This document shows positions 1 to 10,009 of a stretch of 64,000 bases of DNA, one piece after another. Under the pieces are notes generated by a model. It was not told where the DNA came from and searched no databases. It saw nothing but the letters and a program-made list of their open reading frames with translations. Location of the stretch: positions 8,629 through 72,628 of the forward strand of contig JBAYKT010000002.1 in the NCBI GenBank assembly GCA_041664445.1. The letters are read 5' to 3'. Made by a program: the position numbers and the translations under genes. The stretch is from Patescibacteria group bacterium. GTDB lineage: Bacteria > Patescibacteriota > Patescibacteriia > Patescibacteriales > UBA12465. Position 1 is the first letter of the stretch; each line of letters opens with the position of its first letter.

Positions 1-25
1 TTTTTTATCATATTTTTATAATTTA

Positions 26-761
26 TCAACTGCGAACTTCACAAACTCCGGCAGCCTTCCGGCCGATGGCCGCGAATTCAGTCATCTCTTTATCGGTGTA
101 AGCAGCTTTTCCTTGAAAAGTACCATCAACTAAATCAGTATCGGATTTAAATTTTTGCAAATACCAATTATTGGCGCCCTTGATTAATTCGCCCATTACC
201 TGAAAATCATCTTTATCTAAAAGACCGGGGACAACTGTTGTTCGAAACTCATGCGGCAGGCCGCTCTCAATTATAATTTTAACACTTTTTTCGAGATTAT
301 CACAGGCGACCAGCGCGTTCACCGTATTTTCATACTTAGCCAGCGGCGCTTTGATGTCCATCGCAATATAATCAATTAATTTTTTAGCTATCAGATCCTT
401 AAGCATCTCGGGATTAGTCCCGTTAGAATCTAGTTTAACGTCATAACCGATAGCTTTGATCTTAGCAATAAAAGAAGGCAGGTCGGGATGCAAAGTCGGC
501 TCCCCGCCGGTAATGACTACGCCGTCTAAACGGCCATATCTTTCCTTTAAAAAAAGAAAAAGGTCTTCAGGGGAAAGCAGAGAAAGACCTTTTTCTTTTT
601 TATTTTTTTCATCCTCTCCCTCACGGGTCAGGACAAGCATAGGGTTTTAACAGAAGTGGCACCGGAAATTACATCCTTGGGTAAAGATAATGGCCGCTAG
701 ATGATCGGGATAGTCGAGAATTGATAATTTCTCCAAACCGCCGATAATCATAGGGCTTACT
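26..761 (-). pseudogene. nrdG: Anaerobic ribonucleotide reductase activating protein NrdG (radical SAM) split by one in-frame TAA. The N-terminal fragment (ATG 759-761) reads MIIGGLEKLSILDYPDHLAAIIFTQGCNFRCHFC, then TAA at 647-649, then in frame NPMLVLTREG...VVITGGEP... (26-646).
   Basis: CxxxCxxC radical-SAM motif (CNFRCHFC) lies upstream of the stop. The downstream part carries the GGEP and other NrdG/PflA-activase motifs. The stop sits where Tyr is expected (CYNP in E. coli NrdG), one base away from TAA. The gene lies directly downstream of nrdD. Confidence 0.7.
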
Positions 762-817
762 TATTCAGCACAAACTTTAAAAGTCTTACGGTCCTTATAC
801 TCGCTGGCTTTCCCAGG

Positions 818-845
818 ATTATAATTTTTAACTGGGGTCAACCAA
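818..845 (-). promoter_or_regulatory. Possible internal sigma70-like promoter for nrdG on the minus strand (TTGGTT-16-TATAAT) within the 246-nt nrdD-nrdG spacer
   Basis: Reverse complement of 840-845 is TTGGTT and of 818-823 is TATAAT, with a 16-nt spacer, about 55 nt upstream of the nrdG ATG. Confidence 0.3.
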
Positions 846-1007
846 CCGACAACGCGGCTGTAAACGATACATTCTTGTCTTTGAGTTTGTATAGGGCTCA
901 TATTTTTTATGTCTACCAACTGCCTCTGTTTTGAAACATTAGAAGCGGTAGGTATTTATATTATAAATTATAATTTTACAAATTACAATGGCTATTAAAT
1001 TAGGTTT

Positions 1008-3068
1008 TTATAGCTGATTCTGTTCGGCTAAACGAATATCCTCTACACTTTCTTTAAAACCCAATTCTTCGTCGCACTTCGGACAATATTTATGCTCACC
1101 GGATAAATAGCCATGTTTAGGACAAATGGAGAAAGTCGGGGTAATAGTAAAATAAGGAAGCTTATAATTATTGACAATCTTTTGGACTAGTTTCTTGGCC
1201 GCATCGCCGCTTGGCATTCTTTCTCCCAAATAACCATGTAAAACCGTGCCGCCAGTATATTTGGTCTGTAAATCGTCCTGTAAATCAAGGGCGGAAAAAA
1301 TATCATCAGTGTAATTTACGTGAAGGTGGGTAGAGTTAGTATAATAAGGATCAGCTTTAAATTTCTGAACTGCTTCGGTATTGGAACAAGTAATGCCCGG
1401 ATAAACTTGCTGGTCTTTTTTAGCAAAACGATAGGTACAACCTTCTCCGGGAGTCGCTTCTAAGTTATAAAGATTATTGGTTTCATTTTGAAAATCCATT
1501 AATTTTTCTCTCATGAAGTCCAAAATTTCCGCTGCAAACGCATGCCCTTCCGGAGTGGAAATATCTTTGCCCATTAAATTAAGGGCGGCTTCATTCATAC
1601 CGTTAATCCCGATAGTGGAAAAATGGTTGCGCCAGTAATCTCCGAAACGAGCTTTAATATTTTCTAAATAATACATGGAGTAAGGGTAAAGCCGGTCATC
1701 AGTAAACTTTTCAATAATTTTGCGCTTAATTTCCAAGCTTTCCTTGGCAATTTCCATCAAATTAACTAATTTTTTCTTAAACTCTTCTTTGGTTTTAGAC
1801 AGATAGCCCAATCGTGGCAAATTAATTGTAACCACTCCTAAAGAACCGGTAAGTGGATTGGCACCGAATAAACCGCCGCCGCGCTTTCGGAGTTCGCGAT
1901 TATCCAAACGTAAGCGACAGCACATAGAACGCGCGTCATCGCGATTCATATCAGAATTAACAAAATTGGAAAAGTAAGGGATACCATATTTGGCGGTCAT
2001 CTCCCAAGCTGGCTTCAAACATTCTCGGTCCCAGTCGAAATCTTTGTCGACATTATAAGTCGGGATCGGAAAACCAAAGACCCGTCCTGTGGAATCGCCG
2101 GCCAACATTACTTCCGCAAAAGCCTGGTTAAACATGTCCATCTCTTTTTGAAAGTCCTTATATTTCTCCGGCATAATTTTGCCGCCAATAATCACGTTTT
2201 CTTCACCAATCATCGGCGAGGGAGTAACATCTAAAGTAACGTTAGTGAATGGGGTTTGGAAGCCGACTCTAGTTGGGACATTAATATTAAACATGAACTC
2301 TTGCAGCCCTTGCTTAACTTCTTCATAGCTCAGATTATCGTAACGAATAAAGGGTGATAGATAGGTATCAAAGTTAGCAAAAGCTTGCGCGCCGGCCGCT
2401 TCTCCCTGAAGGGTATAAAAAAAGTTAACAATCTGACCGAGAGCACTCCGAAAATGTTTAGGGGCATTACTTTGAACTTTTTCACTTACCCCCTTAAAAC
2501 CCTTAATCAATAAATCTTTTAAATCCCAACCGCAGCAATAAGGCGCTAACAGTCCTAAATCGTGAATGTGGAGATCACCGCCCACATGCGCCTGTCTGAT
2601 ATTCTCCGGATACATTTTATTCAACCAGTACTTAGCGGAAATAGCGGAAGCAATATAGTTATTCAAACCCTGAACGGAAAAACTCATATTACTATTTTCC
2701 TTCAAACGCCAATCAGCCCGCCCTAAATAATCTTCCATTAATTTTTCATCCGCGGTGCTATCGTTAATATCGCGCAACTGACGATGTTGGTCGCGATATA
2801 GAATATAATTTTTAGCGACTTTAATCTGCTTATTTTCCAAGAGGACTTCTTCAACAACATCCTGGACTTCTTCGACGGCTGGGATGCTGTTCTTATGAAA
2901 CTTAGAATTAAGCTTCATGACTACCTGGTCAGTTAATTTTTTAGCCAGATGCTTATCGTCTAGGCCAGTGGCAAAAGCGGCCTTGTAAATCGCTTTGTTA
3001 ATTTTTTCTTGATTGAAATCCGCGATTTCTCCCGATCGCTTGATGATTTTGCTGATAGTCTCTGGCAT
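1008..3068 (-). CDS. nrdD: Anaerobic ribonucleoside-triphosphate reductase, class III (NrdD), with an N-terminal ATP-cone
   Basis: 686 aa with ATP-cone N-terminus, a GGGLFGANPLTGSLGVVTINLPRLGY-type core, and a C-terminal Cys-rich Zn-ribbon with a GY glycyl-radical-like motif. It is flanked by nrdR and nrdG. Confidence 0.9.
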   Translation of the reverse strand: MPETISKIIKRSGEIADFNQEKINKAIYKAAFATGLDDKHLAKKLTDQVVMKLNSKFHKNSIPAVEEVQDVVEEVLLENKQIKVAKNYILYRDQHRQLRDINDSTADEKLMEDYLGRADWRLKENSNMSFSVQGLNNYIASAISAKYWLNKMYPENIRQAHVGGDLHIHDLGLLAPYCCGWDLKDLLIKGFKGVSEKVQSNAPKHFRSALGQIVNFFYTLQGEAAGAQAFANFDTYLSPFIRYDNLSYEEVKQGLQEFMFNINVPTRVGFQTPFTNVTLDVTPSPMIGEENVIIGGKIMPEKYKDFQKEMDMFNQAFAEVMLAGDSTGRVFGFPIPTYNVDKDFDWDRECLKPAWEMTAKYGIPYFSNFVNSDMNRDDARSMCCRLRLDNRELRKRGGGLFGANPLTGSLGVVTINLPRLGYLSKTKEEFKKKLVNLMEIAKESLEIKRKIIEKFTDDRLYPYSMYYLENIKARFGDYWRNHFSTIGINGMNEAALNLMGKDISTPEGHAFAAEILDFMREKLMDFQNETNNLYNLEATPGEGCTYRFAKKDQQVYPGITCSNTEAVQKFKADPYYTNSTHLHVNYTDDIFSALDLQDDLQTKYTGGTVLHGYLGERMPSGDAAKKLVQKIVNNYKLPYFTITPTFSICPKHGYLSGEHKYCPKCDEELGFKESVEDIRLAEQNQL

Positions 3069-3097
3069 AGGAATTGAGATTGAAAATATGTGATTAA

Positions 3098-3556
3098 TTA
3101 TTTTTTTTCTTTAATGAGCTTATTAAGCTCCTTGCGAAATTCCTGAGCATCCTTGAAGGATTCATAAACCGAGGCATAACGAATATAGGCAACCGGGTCT
3201 AATTTTTTTAAATTTTTCATGACTGCTTGGCCAATCTGTTTGGAGGTTATTTCTGTCTTTTTCAATCTTTGCAAATCGCGTTCAGTTGAATGAACAAGTT
3301 TCTTAAACAAGTCTTCGGTAATCGGCCGCTTCTCACAAGATTTTTTTAAACCGCCAACGAGCTTCTCTCGACTATAGGATTCTCGCCGTCCGTCCCGCTT
3401 AACAATTACTAAATCCAAAAGTTCTATTTCTTCATAAGTGGAAAAACGGAAAGAACATTTTAAACATTCGCGCCGACGACGGATAGATAATCCATCGGAA
3501 GCCACCCGAGAATCTACTACCTTAGTATCAGGGTAGTAACAAATTGGGCATTTCAT
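3098..3556 (-). CDS. nrdR: Transcriptional repressor NrdR (Zn-ribbon plus ATP-cone)
   Basis: MKCPICYYPDTKVVDSR...CLKC Zn ribbon followed by an ATP-cone, 152 aa, immediately upstream of nrdD. Confidence 0.9.
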   Translation of the reverse strand: MKCPICYYPDTKVVDSRVASDGLSIRRRRECLKCSFRFSTYEEIELLDLVIVKRDGRRESYSREKLVGGLKKSCEKRPITEDLFKKLVHSTERDLQRLKKTEITSKQIGQAVMKNLKKLDPVAYIRYASVYESFKDAQEFRKELNKLIKEKK

Positions 3557-3582
3557 AAGGCTTATCGTTTAATTTGACTAAA

Positions 3583-3630
3583 AACCTATATTTTGTGGGG
3601 GTTTTTAAAGCGATACACTAAATCTTGTGT
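3583..3630 (-). promoter_or_regulatory. Tandem NrdR-box-like operators (aacctatattttgtgg at 3583-3598, acactaaatcttgtgt at 3615-3630), centres 32 bp apart, 27-74 nt upstream of the nrdR ATG
   Basis: Match the 16-bp NrdR palindrome consensus acaCwAtATaTwGtgt at 14/16 and 12/16. The spacing is typical of paired NrdR boxes. Position implies autoregulation of nrdR-nrdD(-nrdG). Confidence 0.45.
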
Positions 3631-3656
3631 CTGATGGTATTTTAGCAAATTTTAAA

Positions 3657-3683
3657 AGAGGGGTCAAAGCGACCCCTATTTTG
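3657..3683. terminator. Intrinsic terminator hairpin (aggggtc-aaagc-gacccct) flanked by A/T runs. It probably terminates copA on the minus strand.
   Basis: 7-bp GC-rich stem with 5-nt loop. T-run on the plus side (cctatttt) and on the minus side (cttttaaaattt). Confidence 0.5.
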
Positions 3684-3740
3684 CTAATTTTTAAATAATT
3701 ATAAAAATTATTTAAAGTTATCCACAATCATTTTTTAATT

Positions 3741-6503
3741 TTATTGAGGCTTTAGTTCAGAAGCATTGGTAATTTTAACCAAGGTGTTGCGATTAACAAA
3801 ATGATAATTATCTATTATGGTTCCGGTCGGCTCCAAAATACCAATAACCTTAACGCTTGGTAAGCCGAAGAAGTCTTTCAGGCTATCTCCCGGCCCTTGG
3901 ATAAGCTTTTCTTGTTTCATCATCGCGGCCTCATTATAACCAATAACCATTTCATTATCGCCTACAAACAAAGACCCCTCACTAAGTCTAAGCTCGCTCG
4001 GAAAAGCATCAATTCCTAGGAATAATTTTTGCTGACCATCTAGAAAATTAATTTTGGTTTCGTGTTTGGCAATAAAAACATTAAAATCAGCAGCTGCCTG
4101 TTTAGAAACCAATAAAACCGGCTGGCTACCCGCTTCCATATTGGAACTAAGCCTAGCAAACTCCCAAAAACCAAAACTAAAAACAATAATCATGAGCACT
4201 GGCGCAATTAGTGATAAGTAATTCCTCTTATTCGGCTTAAAATATCTCAAAAGTAAAGAATTGCCAACCACCGAAATAGAGCTGAAAGCCATTGCCAACC
4301 CTGCCAGCTCCGGTTTTAAGACTAGTCCGAAAGACATAAAGATCCGAGCGGCAATGGGAATACCAATTACATTATAAAACAGGGCAAAAAACATATTTTG
4401 CTTTATCTTACCCATAGTTTCGCGGGCTAACTGAAACGCAGTGACCACATCATTCAAGTCATTTTTCATAATAACAATTCCACCCGCTTCAAGCGCAACG
4501 TCTGTGCCAGAACCCATAGCAATGCCCAAATCAGCCTGTGCAAGCGCTGGAGCATCATTAATGCCATCTCCCACCATCGCTACCTTATAACCGCGCTCCT
4601 GGAGCTTTTTAACCTCATTGGCTTTATCCTCAGGAAGAACCTCAGCTAAGACATTATCAATTCCCACTTGAACGGCAATGGCTTTAGCCGTGCGTTCATT
4701 ATCGCCCGTTATCATATAAACAATGATGCCTAATTTCTTTAATTTAGCGATTGCTTCCGCCGAAGTAGCTTTAATAGCATCAGCGACCGCAATCACTCCC
4801 ACTACTTCATTTTTAGTGGCTAATAACATGACCGTTTTCCCTTGAGATTCCAGCTCCGTCAATTGATTATTGATGGCATCAACGGAATGCTCTAATTTCT
4901 CCGTTATTAAACGGCGATTGCCAAAGAAATATTCTATTCCCTTTATTTTTCCGCAAACCCCTAAACCGGGAATGGCTGAAAAATCTTTTATTTCTTTAAG
5001 GGCGATTGTTTGTTTGTTAGCAGAAGCATATATAGCTTCGGCGAGCGAGTGCTCGGATAATTTTTCTAAGCTGGCGGCTATCGCTAAAACCTCAGCGGAG
5101 TTAATATCTTGAAAAGCTAAAATATCGGTCACCTCCGCTTGCCCCTTGGTTAAGGTCCCAGTTTTATCAAATACCATGGCCGTGATTTGACAAGCGGCTT
5201 CTAATGGTTCGCCACCTTTAATTAAAACTCCATACTCCGCCCCCTTGCCCGTTCCCATCATTAAAGCGGTTGGCGTGGCCAAACCCAAAGCACAGGGACA
5301 GGCAATCACAATTACCGAGGTAAAGGCCATTAGCGCAAAAGATAAAGTTGCCCCCAAAACAAAATACCAAATACCAAAAGTCAAAATTGCTAAACCAATA
5401 ACCACTGGGACAAAAACAGCTGATATCCGATCAGCAAAACCTTGAATCGGCGCCTTAGAACCTTGGGCATCTTCAATTAAGTTAACTATCCGCGCCAACA
5501 CAGTTTCGTTGCCAATTTTTAATGCTTCAAATTCAAAGCTACCGGTTTTATTAATGGTACTGCCGATAACCGAATCACCGACTGTTTTCTCGACTGGCAA
5601 ACTCTCACCGCTAATCATTGATTCATCAACGGCTGACATTCCTTTAGTAATTTTCCCGTCTACCGGAATCTTTTCTCCCGGACGAACCAATACTAAATCG
5701 CCGCGAACAACTTCTTCCAAGGCAATATCTAACGTTTGACCCTGGCGAATCACGCGGGCGGTTTTAGCCCTGAGACCCATTAACTTTTTAATGGCTTCTC
5801 CGGTCTTGCCCTTAGTTTTAATTTCTAACCACTTGCCCAAAACAACAAAGGTAATTAAGTAGGCAGCGGTTTCAAAATATAATTCCGGGATCTTTCCTCC
5901 TAAACCAATAAGTGAGTCCGTCTTTATAAAGTAACTGATAAAATTAACTAAACTATAAACAAAAGCTGTAGAGGTGCCAATCGCCACCAAGCTATCCATA
6001 TTAAAGGTTTTCGTCTTTAAGCTTGACCAGAAGCCTTTATAAAAACCGGCGCCCACTACAAACTGGATGGGAATAGTTAGCAATAAAGAGATGATTCCCA
6101 CATAGGGCAACAAAGTGACCTTTCCAGGTATAGCAAAAAAATCCAAAAGCATAAAATACAGCATCGGCAAACTAAAAAAGAAACTAAACCAAAATTTTCG
6201 AGCATAAACTTTAATCTCTTTTTCTCGCTTGCGTCTTTCAAAATCGGCGTCTTGAGCGTCTATTTCCTCCGCCTTATACCCAGCCTTTTTAACAGCTTGG
6301 AGTAAAGATGAAATTTTTACTTCGGTACTATTGTAAAAAATACTCGCTTTCTCGGCGGCAAAATTAACGCTTGCCTGCTTTACGCCCGGAACTTTCTTCA
6401 AGGATTTTTCGATTAAATTAGCACACGAAGCGCAGTGCATTCCCGATAGCGCCAGATTAACCCGCTGGGCGGAAGTCTCTGTCGCCTTTTTATTATTTTC
6501 CAT
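3741..6503 (-). CDS. copA: Copper-translocating P1B-type ATPase (CopA-like) with an N-terminal HMA domain and an unusual C-terminal extension of about 185 aa (extra TM helix plus soluble domain)
   Basis: [24 protein letters not shown] motif, CPC in TM6 ([12 protein letters not shown]), [15 protein letters not shown]. The canonical ATPase ends near ...LLLRYFKP; an extra hydrophobic helix and a soluble domain of about 150 aa follow. Confidence 0.9.
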   Translation of the reverse strand: MENNKKATETSAQRVNLALSGMHCASCANLIEKSLKKVPGVKQASVNFAAEKASIFYNSTEVKISSLLQAVKKAGYKAEEIDAQDADFERRKREKEIKVYARKFWFSFFFSLPMLYFMLLDFFAIPGKVTLLPYVGIISLLLTIPIQFVVGAGFYKGFWSSLKTKTFNMDSLVAIGTSTAFVYSLVNFISYFIKTDSLIGLGGKIPELYFETAAYLITFVVLGKWLEIKTKGKTGEAIKKLMGLRAKTARVIRQGQTLDIALEEVVRGDLVLVRPGEKIPVDGKITKGMSAVDESMISGESLPVEKTVGDSVIGSTINKTGSFEFEALKIGNETVLARIVNLIEDAQGSKAPIQGFADRISAVFVPVVIGLAILTFGIWYFVLGATLSFALMAFTSVIVIACPCALGLATPTALMMGTGKGAEYGVLIKGGEPLEAACQITAMVFDKTGTLTKGQAEVTDILAFQDINSAEVLAIAASLEKLSEHSLAEAIYASANKQTIALKEIKDFSAIPGLGVCGKIKGIEYFFGNRRLITEKLEHSVDAINNQLTELESQGKTVMLLATKNEVVGVIAVADAIKATSAEAIAKLKKLGIIVYMITGDNERTAKAIAVQVGIDNVLAEVLPEDKANEVKKLQERGYKVAMVGDGINDAPALAQADLGIAMGSGTDVALEAGGIVIMKNDLNDVVTAFQLARETMGKIKQNMFFALFYNVIGIPIAARIFMSFGLVLKPELAGLAMAFSSISVVGNSLLLRYFKPNKRNYLSLIAPVLMIIVFSFGFWEFARLSSNMEAGSQPVLLVSKQAAADFNVFIAKHETKINFLDGQQKLFLGIDAFPSELRLSEGSLFVGDNEMVIGYNEAAMMKQEKLIQGPGDSLKDFFGLPSVKVIGILEPTGTIIDNYHFVNRNTLVKITNASELKPQ

Positions 6504-6538
6504 AAATTATTTATAAAACTTGTTTATTGCTTATTTTA

Positions 6539-6557
6539 ACACCTACCCCCCAGGTGT
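6539..6557. promoter_or_regulatory. Perfect inverted repeat ACACCT-n7-AGGTGT about 35-55 nt upstream of the copA start. Candidate metal-responsive operator.
   Basis: 6-bp arms with a 7-nt C-rich spacer in the copA 5' region, followed by an imperfect palindrome gtataagttaatgatac. Confidence 0.3.
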
Positions 6558-6607
6558 ATAAGTTAATGATACATCGGACAGAAAAAGGAGTCAATCCGTA
6601 AAATAAA

Positions 6608-6640
6608 AAAGAAGTGCCGATTCCGTGGCACCTCTTTTTA
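6608..6640 (-). terminator. Intrinsic terminator downstream of ftsZ (minus strand): hairpin gaagtgcc-gattccgt-ggcacctc followed by a T-run
   Basis: GC-rich stem with one mismatch. The minus-strand read gives ttcttttttatttt after the stem. Confidence 0.5.
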
Positions 6641-6655
6641 AATTTTTCTTATCTT

Positions 6656-7849
6656 TTACCCCATCTTCTTCCGGATAAAGGCCGGGACACTCAAGTCATC
6701 ATCTTCATTAACGGGTTTTTCTACTTTTTTCTCGGGAATCGTCGGCTTTAGCGGTAAATTTTTAAAGACAGAGGAAAATTTAGCTTTATTTCGGTCTTCC
6801 CTAGCGGCCAGATCTTCTTTCTCGGTTTCCTTTTCAGCAATAAAGGTGTTGGGAGTATAGGCAGACTTGGAAGTCTCGCCTTTTTGACTCTTACTGTGGC
6901 CGTCAAAACCAGTAGCCACAACGGTAATTTTTATTTGATCTTTTAATTTTTCATCAATTACGGCACCGAAGATAATCTTCGCCTCTTCATCGGCCGCTGA
7001 GGTAATAACCTTAGCCGCCTCACTCACTTCAGTCATGCTTAAGTCAGCGCCGCCAGTAATCGTAAAGACAATACCGCGGGCGCCATCGATGGACATATCC
7101 AACAAAGTGGAATTGATTGCTTGTTTAGCCGCTTCAACCGCCTTATTTTCACCCGAAGCAGTTCCAATGCCCATTAAGGCCGAACCGGCATTAGACATAA
7201 TTGCTTTTACATCGGCAAAGTCGGCGTTAATAATACCAGGAACAGTAATAATCTCGGCGATACCTTGAACACCTTGGCGCAAAACATCATCTGCAGTTTT
7301 AAAGGCCTCTAACAAAGAAGTTTTCTTATCAATTACTTGCAGCAACTTATCATTAGAAATAGTGATGATGGTATCAACCTTGTCCGCCAGCTCCGCATAG
7401 CCCCTGTCGGCAATATTCTTGCGCTGGCCGCCTTCAAACATAAAAGGTTTAGTAACTACCGCGACAGTTAAAGCTCCTTGCTCCTTGGCAATTTGAGCCA
7501 CTACCGGCGAAGCTCCAGTTCCAGTACCTCCACCCAGTCCGCAAGTAACAAAAACCATATCACAGCCCTTCAAAGATTCCTTAATTTCATTAGCCGATTC
7601 TTCAGCCGCTGATTTTCCAAGCTCTGGATTCATGCCGGCTCCCAAACCTCTGGTCACTGTTTTGCCAATATGAATTTTCTCGCTGGCCTTATTATAATGC
7701 AAAGCCTGAATATCAGTATTGATGGCGACAAAACCAACGCCCTTAATTCCACTGTCAACCATCCGGTTGATAGCGGAATTACCGCCGCCGCCGACACCGA
7801 CTACTTTTATTTTAGCAAATGTTTCTATTTCTGGTTTTACTTCAGCCAT
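6656..7849 (-). CDS. ftsZ: Cell division GTPase FtsZ
   Basis: Tubulin signature [15 protein letters not shown], 397 aa, adjacent to ftsA. Confidence 0.95.
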   Translation of the reverse strand: MAEVKPEIETFAKIKVVGVGGGGNSAINRMVDSGIKGVGFVAINTDIQALHYNKASEKIHIGKTVTRGLGAGMNPELGKSAAEESANEIKESLKGCDMVFVTCGLGGGTGTGASPVVAQIAKEQGALTVAVVTKPFMFEGGQRKNIADRGYAELADKVDTIITISNDKLLQVIDKKTSLLEAFKTADDVLRQGVQGIAEIITVPGIINADFADVKAIMSNAGSALMGIGTASGENKAVEAAKQAINSTLLDMSIDGARGIVFTITGGADLSMTEVSEAAKVITSAADEEAKIIFGAVIDEKLKDQIKITVVATGFDGHSKSQKGETSKSAYTPNTFIAEKETEKEDLAAREDRNKAKFSSVFKNLPLKPTIPEKKVEKPVNEDDDLSVPAFIRKKMG

Positions 7850-7869
7850 ACGATTATAGTTATTATACT

Positions 7870-9132
7870 TTATTTTGGCATTATTCTATTGAATAGACCC
7901 TTAGTCTTTTCCAATAAACCGCCCAAGTTATTTTTAAATTTGTTACTGGCGCTGATTCCTTCGCCTTCAGTATGACTGCCCCAGATAACTAAGCCGAGAG
8001 CTGTTAAAAACTCCGGGTTTTTTACCTTATCAATTACCACGTTAATATTCTTAGCTTGGCCTAAAGCGGCCGGAAGCCTTAACTTCTTTTTAGCAGATTC
8101 TACCAAACCGTCAAGTTCAGCGCCGCCGCCGACAAAGATGACTCCGGCAGGAAGCATCCCCGAACGATCAATCCGACGGAACTCCTGGTCTACTTTTTCA
8201 AAAATTTCTTCGGCCCGAGCGTTAATTATTTCCGAAACATATTTTCTAGAAACGGTATTAATATCATCATTTACTTCTTCTTCTCTGACTAACTCGGAAA
8301 TATCAATCTCATCACGCTCTCCTTCTTCTAAGGTAACCGCGCTGCCATATTCGCGTTTAATTCTTTCTGCCAAATTAATCGGGCATCTTAAACCAATGGC
8401 GACATCGGCAGTGATATGTTCGGAGCCGATTGGTAAAATGGCAGTATGAATCAAATTACGCTCCTCATAAACAGCCAACGAAGTAGTAGAGGAACCAAGA
8501 TTAATCAAGGCCACTCCCAGTTCTTTCTGTTTAGAGCTTAATACCGCCTCGGCGGCCGCAAGTGGCGCCAAAACTAAATCTTCTATTTCAAGACCAGTTC
8601 TATATATTGCTTTAGTTAAATTTTTAATCTGAGTGCTTAGCCCTTGAACAATCAAAGTTTCCACTTCTAATCTAATCCCGTTCATCCCAATCGGGTCTTT
8701 AACATCTGATTGATTATCGACGCTAAATTTTATCGGAATAACATGTAAGATTTCATAGTTAACGGGGACGGCTAAAGCCCGCGCCGCTTCAATCGCGCGA
8801 TTAACATCGTTTTCATTAATTTCGCCATCGCTACGACCCACCGCAACTACGCCCTTAGAACGTTCGCATTTAATATGGGGGTCATTAATACTAACCCAGA
8901 CACGGCTAATTGGAACGCCAACCAAGCGTTCTGCTTTTTCTAAGACGGCCGAGATAGAGGAAGTCGTCTCTTCAATGCTATTGACTATCCCACGACTAAC
9001 CCCTGCCGTTGGTCCAGAAACCGCGCCGATAATTTGTAATTCATCGCCAGCCACTCCGGGAATCTTTTGACCGATTACCAAGCGGATAGAAGTAGAACCA
9101 ATGTCTAGTCCGGCGACAATATTATCCTTCAT
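7870..9132 (-). CDS. ftsA: Cell division protein FtsA (actin-like ATPase)
   Basis: [21 protein letters not shown] actin-fold N-terminus, 420 aa, immediately upstream of ftsZ. Confidence 0.9.
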   Translation of the reverse strand: MKDNIVAGLDIGSTSIRLVIGQKIPGVAGDELQIIGAVSGPTAGVSRGIVNSIEETTSSISAVLEKAERLVGVPISRVWVSINDPHIKCERSKGVVAVGRSDGEINENDVNRAIEAARALAVPVNYEILHVIPIKFSVDNQSDVKDPIGMNGIRLEVETLIVQGLSTQIKNLTKAIYRTGLEIEDLVLAPLAAAEAVLSSKQKELGVALINLGSSTTSLAVYEERNLIHTAILPIGSEHITADVAIGLRCPINLAERIKREYGSAVTLEEGERDEIDISELVREEEVNDDINTVSRKYVSEIINARAEEIFEKVDQEFRRIDRSGMLPAGVIFVGGGAELDGLVESAKKKLRLPAALGQAKNINVVIDKVKNPEFLTALGLVIWGSHTEGEGISASNKFKNNLGGLLEKTKGLFNRIMPK

Positions 9133-9241
9133 AGAATTAATATTAAATCGTTTAAATAAAAATACGGCAATATTTTAACAATATTTTCGTGCTCGCTATT
9201 TGCTGTTAATATTATACAAAATTTATCAGATTTTAACAATT

Positions 9242-10006
9242 CTAGAATAGCCCTAAATACCAGTTAATTATTCCTTGTCCATAAATTAAGGTAATAATAG
9301 CCCCAATCACTAAAAAGGGACCGAGCGCAATCTTAGATTTCCAGCCCTTGTTCTTAGAAACTAGCAAAATAATGCTAATAATTGAACCAATAAAATAAGC
9401 GCTAATTAGTGATAGTCCTAAATGACCCAGAACCGGAAAAGTAATTCCTAAAAGCAGGCCCAACCAAATATCGCCCTCGCCGATACCTCGTTTCTTGGTC
9501 AAAATATATTGCGCCCAAAAAAAGCCGCCGCCAACTAAGGCAGAAATCAGAAGAGCGAACACCGAAAATCCTAAAAATAAATTAAGAATCGCCACCAACG
9601 CAATGGTCGGCCAAACAACCATCATCGGCACCATTTGCCAGCGGAAATCATAAATGAAAATAATCATGAGACTAGAAATCAGAAACCAATCGCGAGCCAA
9701 CAACAGAGAAAAATTAGCAGAATCAGCGGCGTGCAAAAAAGTTAACACAAACAATAAAGAAGTAAAAAATTCCACTAGCGGATACTGCCAAGAAATCTTT
9801 AAATGGCAATGACGGCAGCGCCCGCGTAACCGCAAAAAGCTAAGCAAGGGGATGTTGTCATACCAAGCAATTGTCTGAGAACATGAGGGACAATAAGAGC
9901 GCCCTAAAATTGTATCTTCTTTATACAAACGCCAGACTAAACAGTTTAAAAAACTGCCAATCACTAAACCGATTGCGGCGGCGAAAACGCCAAAAATAAA
10001 TTCCAT
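9242..10006 (-). CDS. pilD: Prepilin peptidase (A24 family, PilD/TadV-like) with an N-terminal Cys4 Zn motif
   Basis: CPSCSQTIAWYDNIPLLSFLRLRGRCRHC motif, polytopic membrane protein, conserved Asp-containing loops. Confidence 0.85.
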   Translation of the reverse strand: MEFIFGVFAAAIGLVIGSFLNCLVWRLYKEDTILGRSYCPSCSQTIAWYDNIPLLSFLRLRGRCRHCHLKISWQYPLVEFFTSLLFVLTFLHAADSANFSLLLARDWFLISSLMIIFIYDFRWQMVPMMVVWPTIALVAILNLFLGFSVFALLISALVGGGFFWAQYILTKKRGIGEGDIWLGLLLGITFPVLGHLGLSLISAYFIGSIISIILLVSKNKGWKSKIALGPFLVIGAIITLIYGQGIINWYLGLF

Positions 10007-10009
10007 ATA

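Noticed and set aside
456-650. 64-aa plus-strand ORF overlapping nrdG
   Set aside because: Antisense to a well-supported NrdG coding sequence
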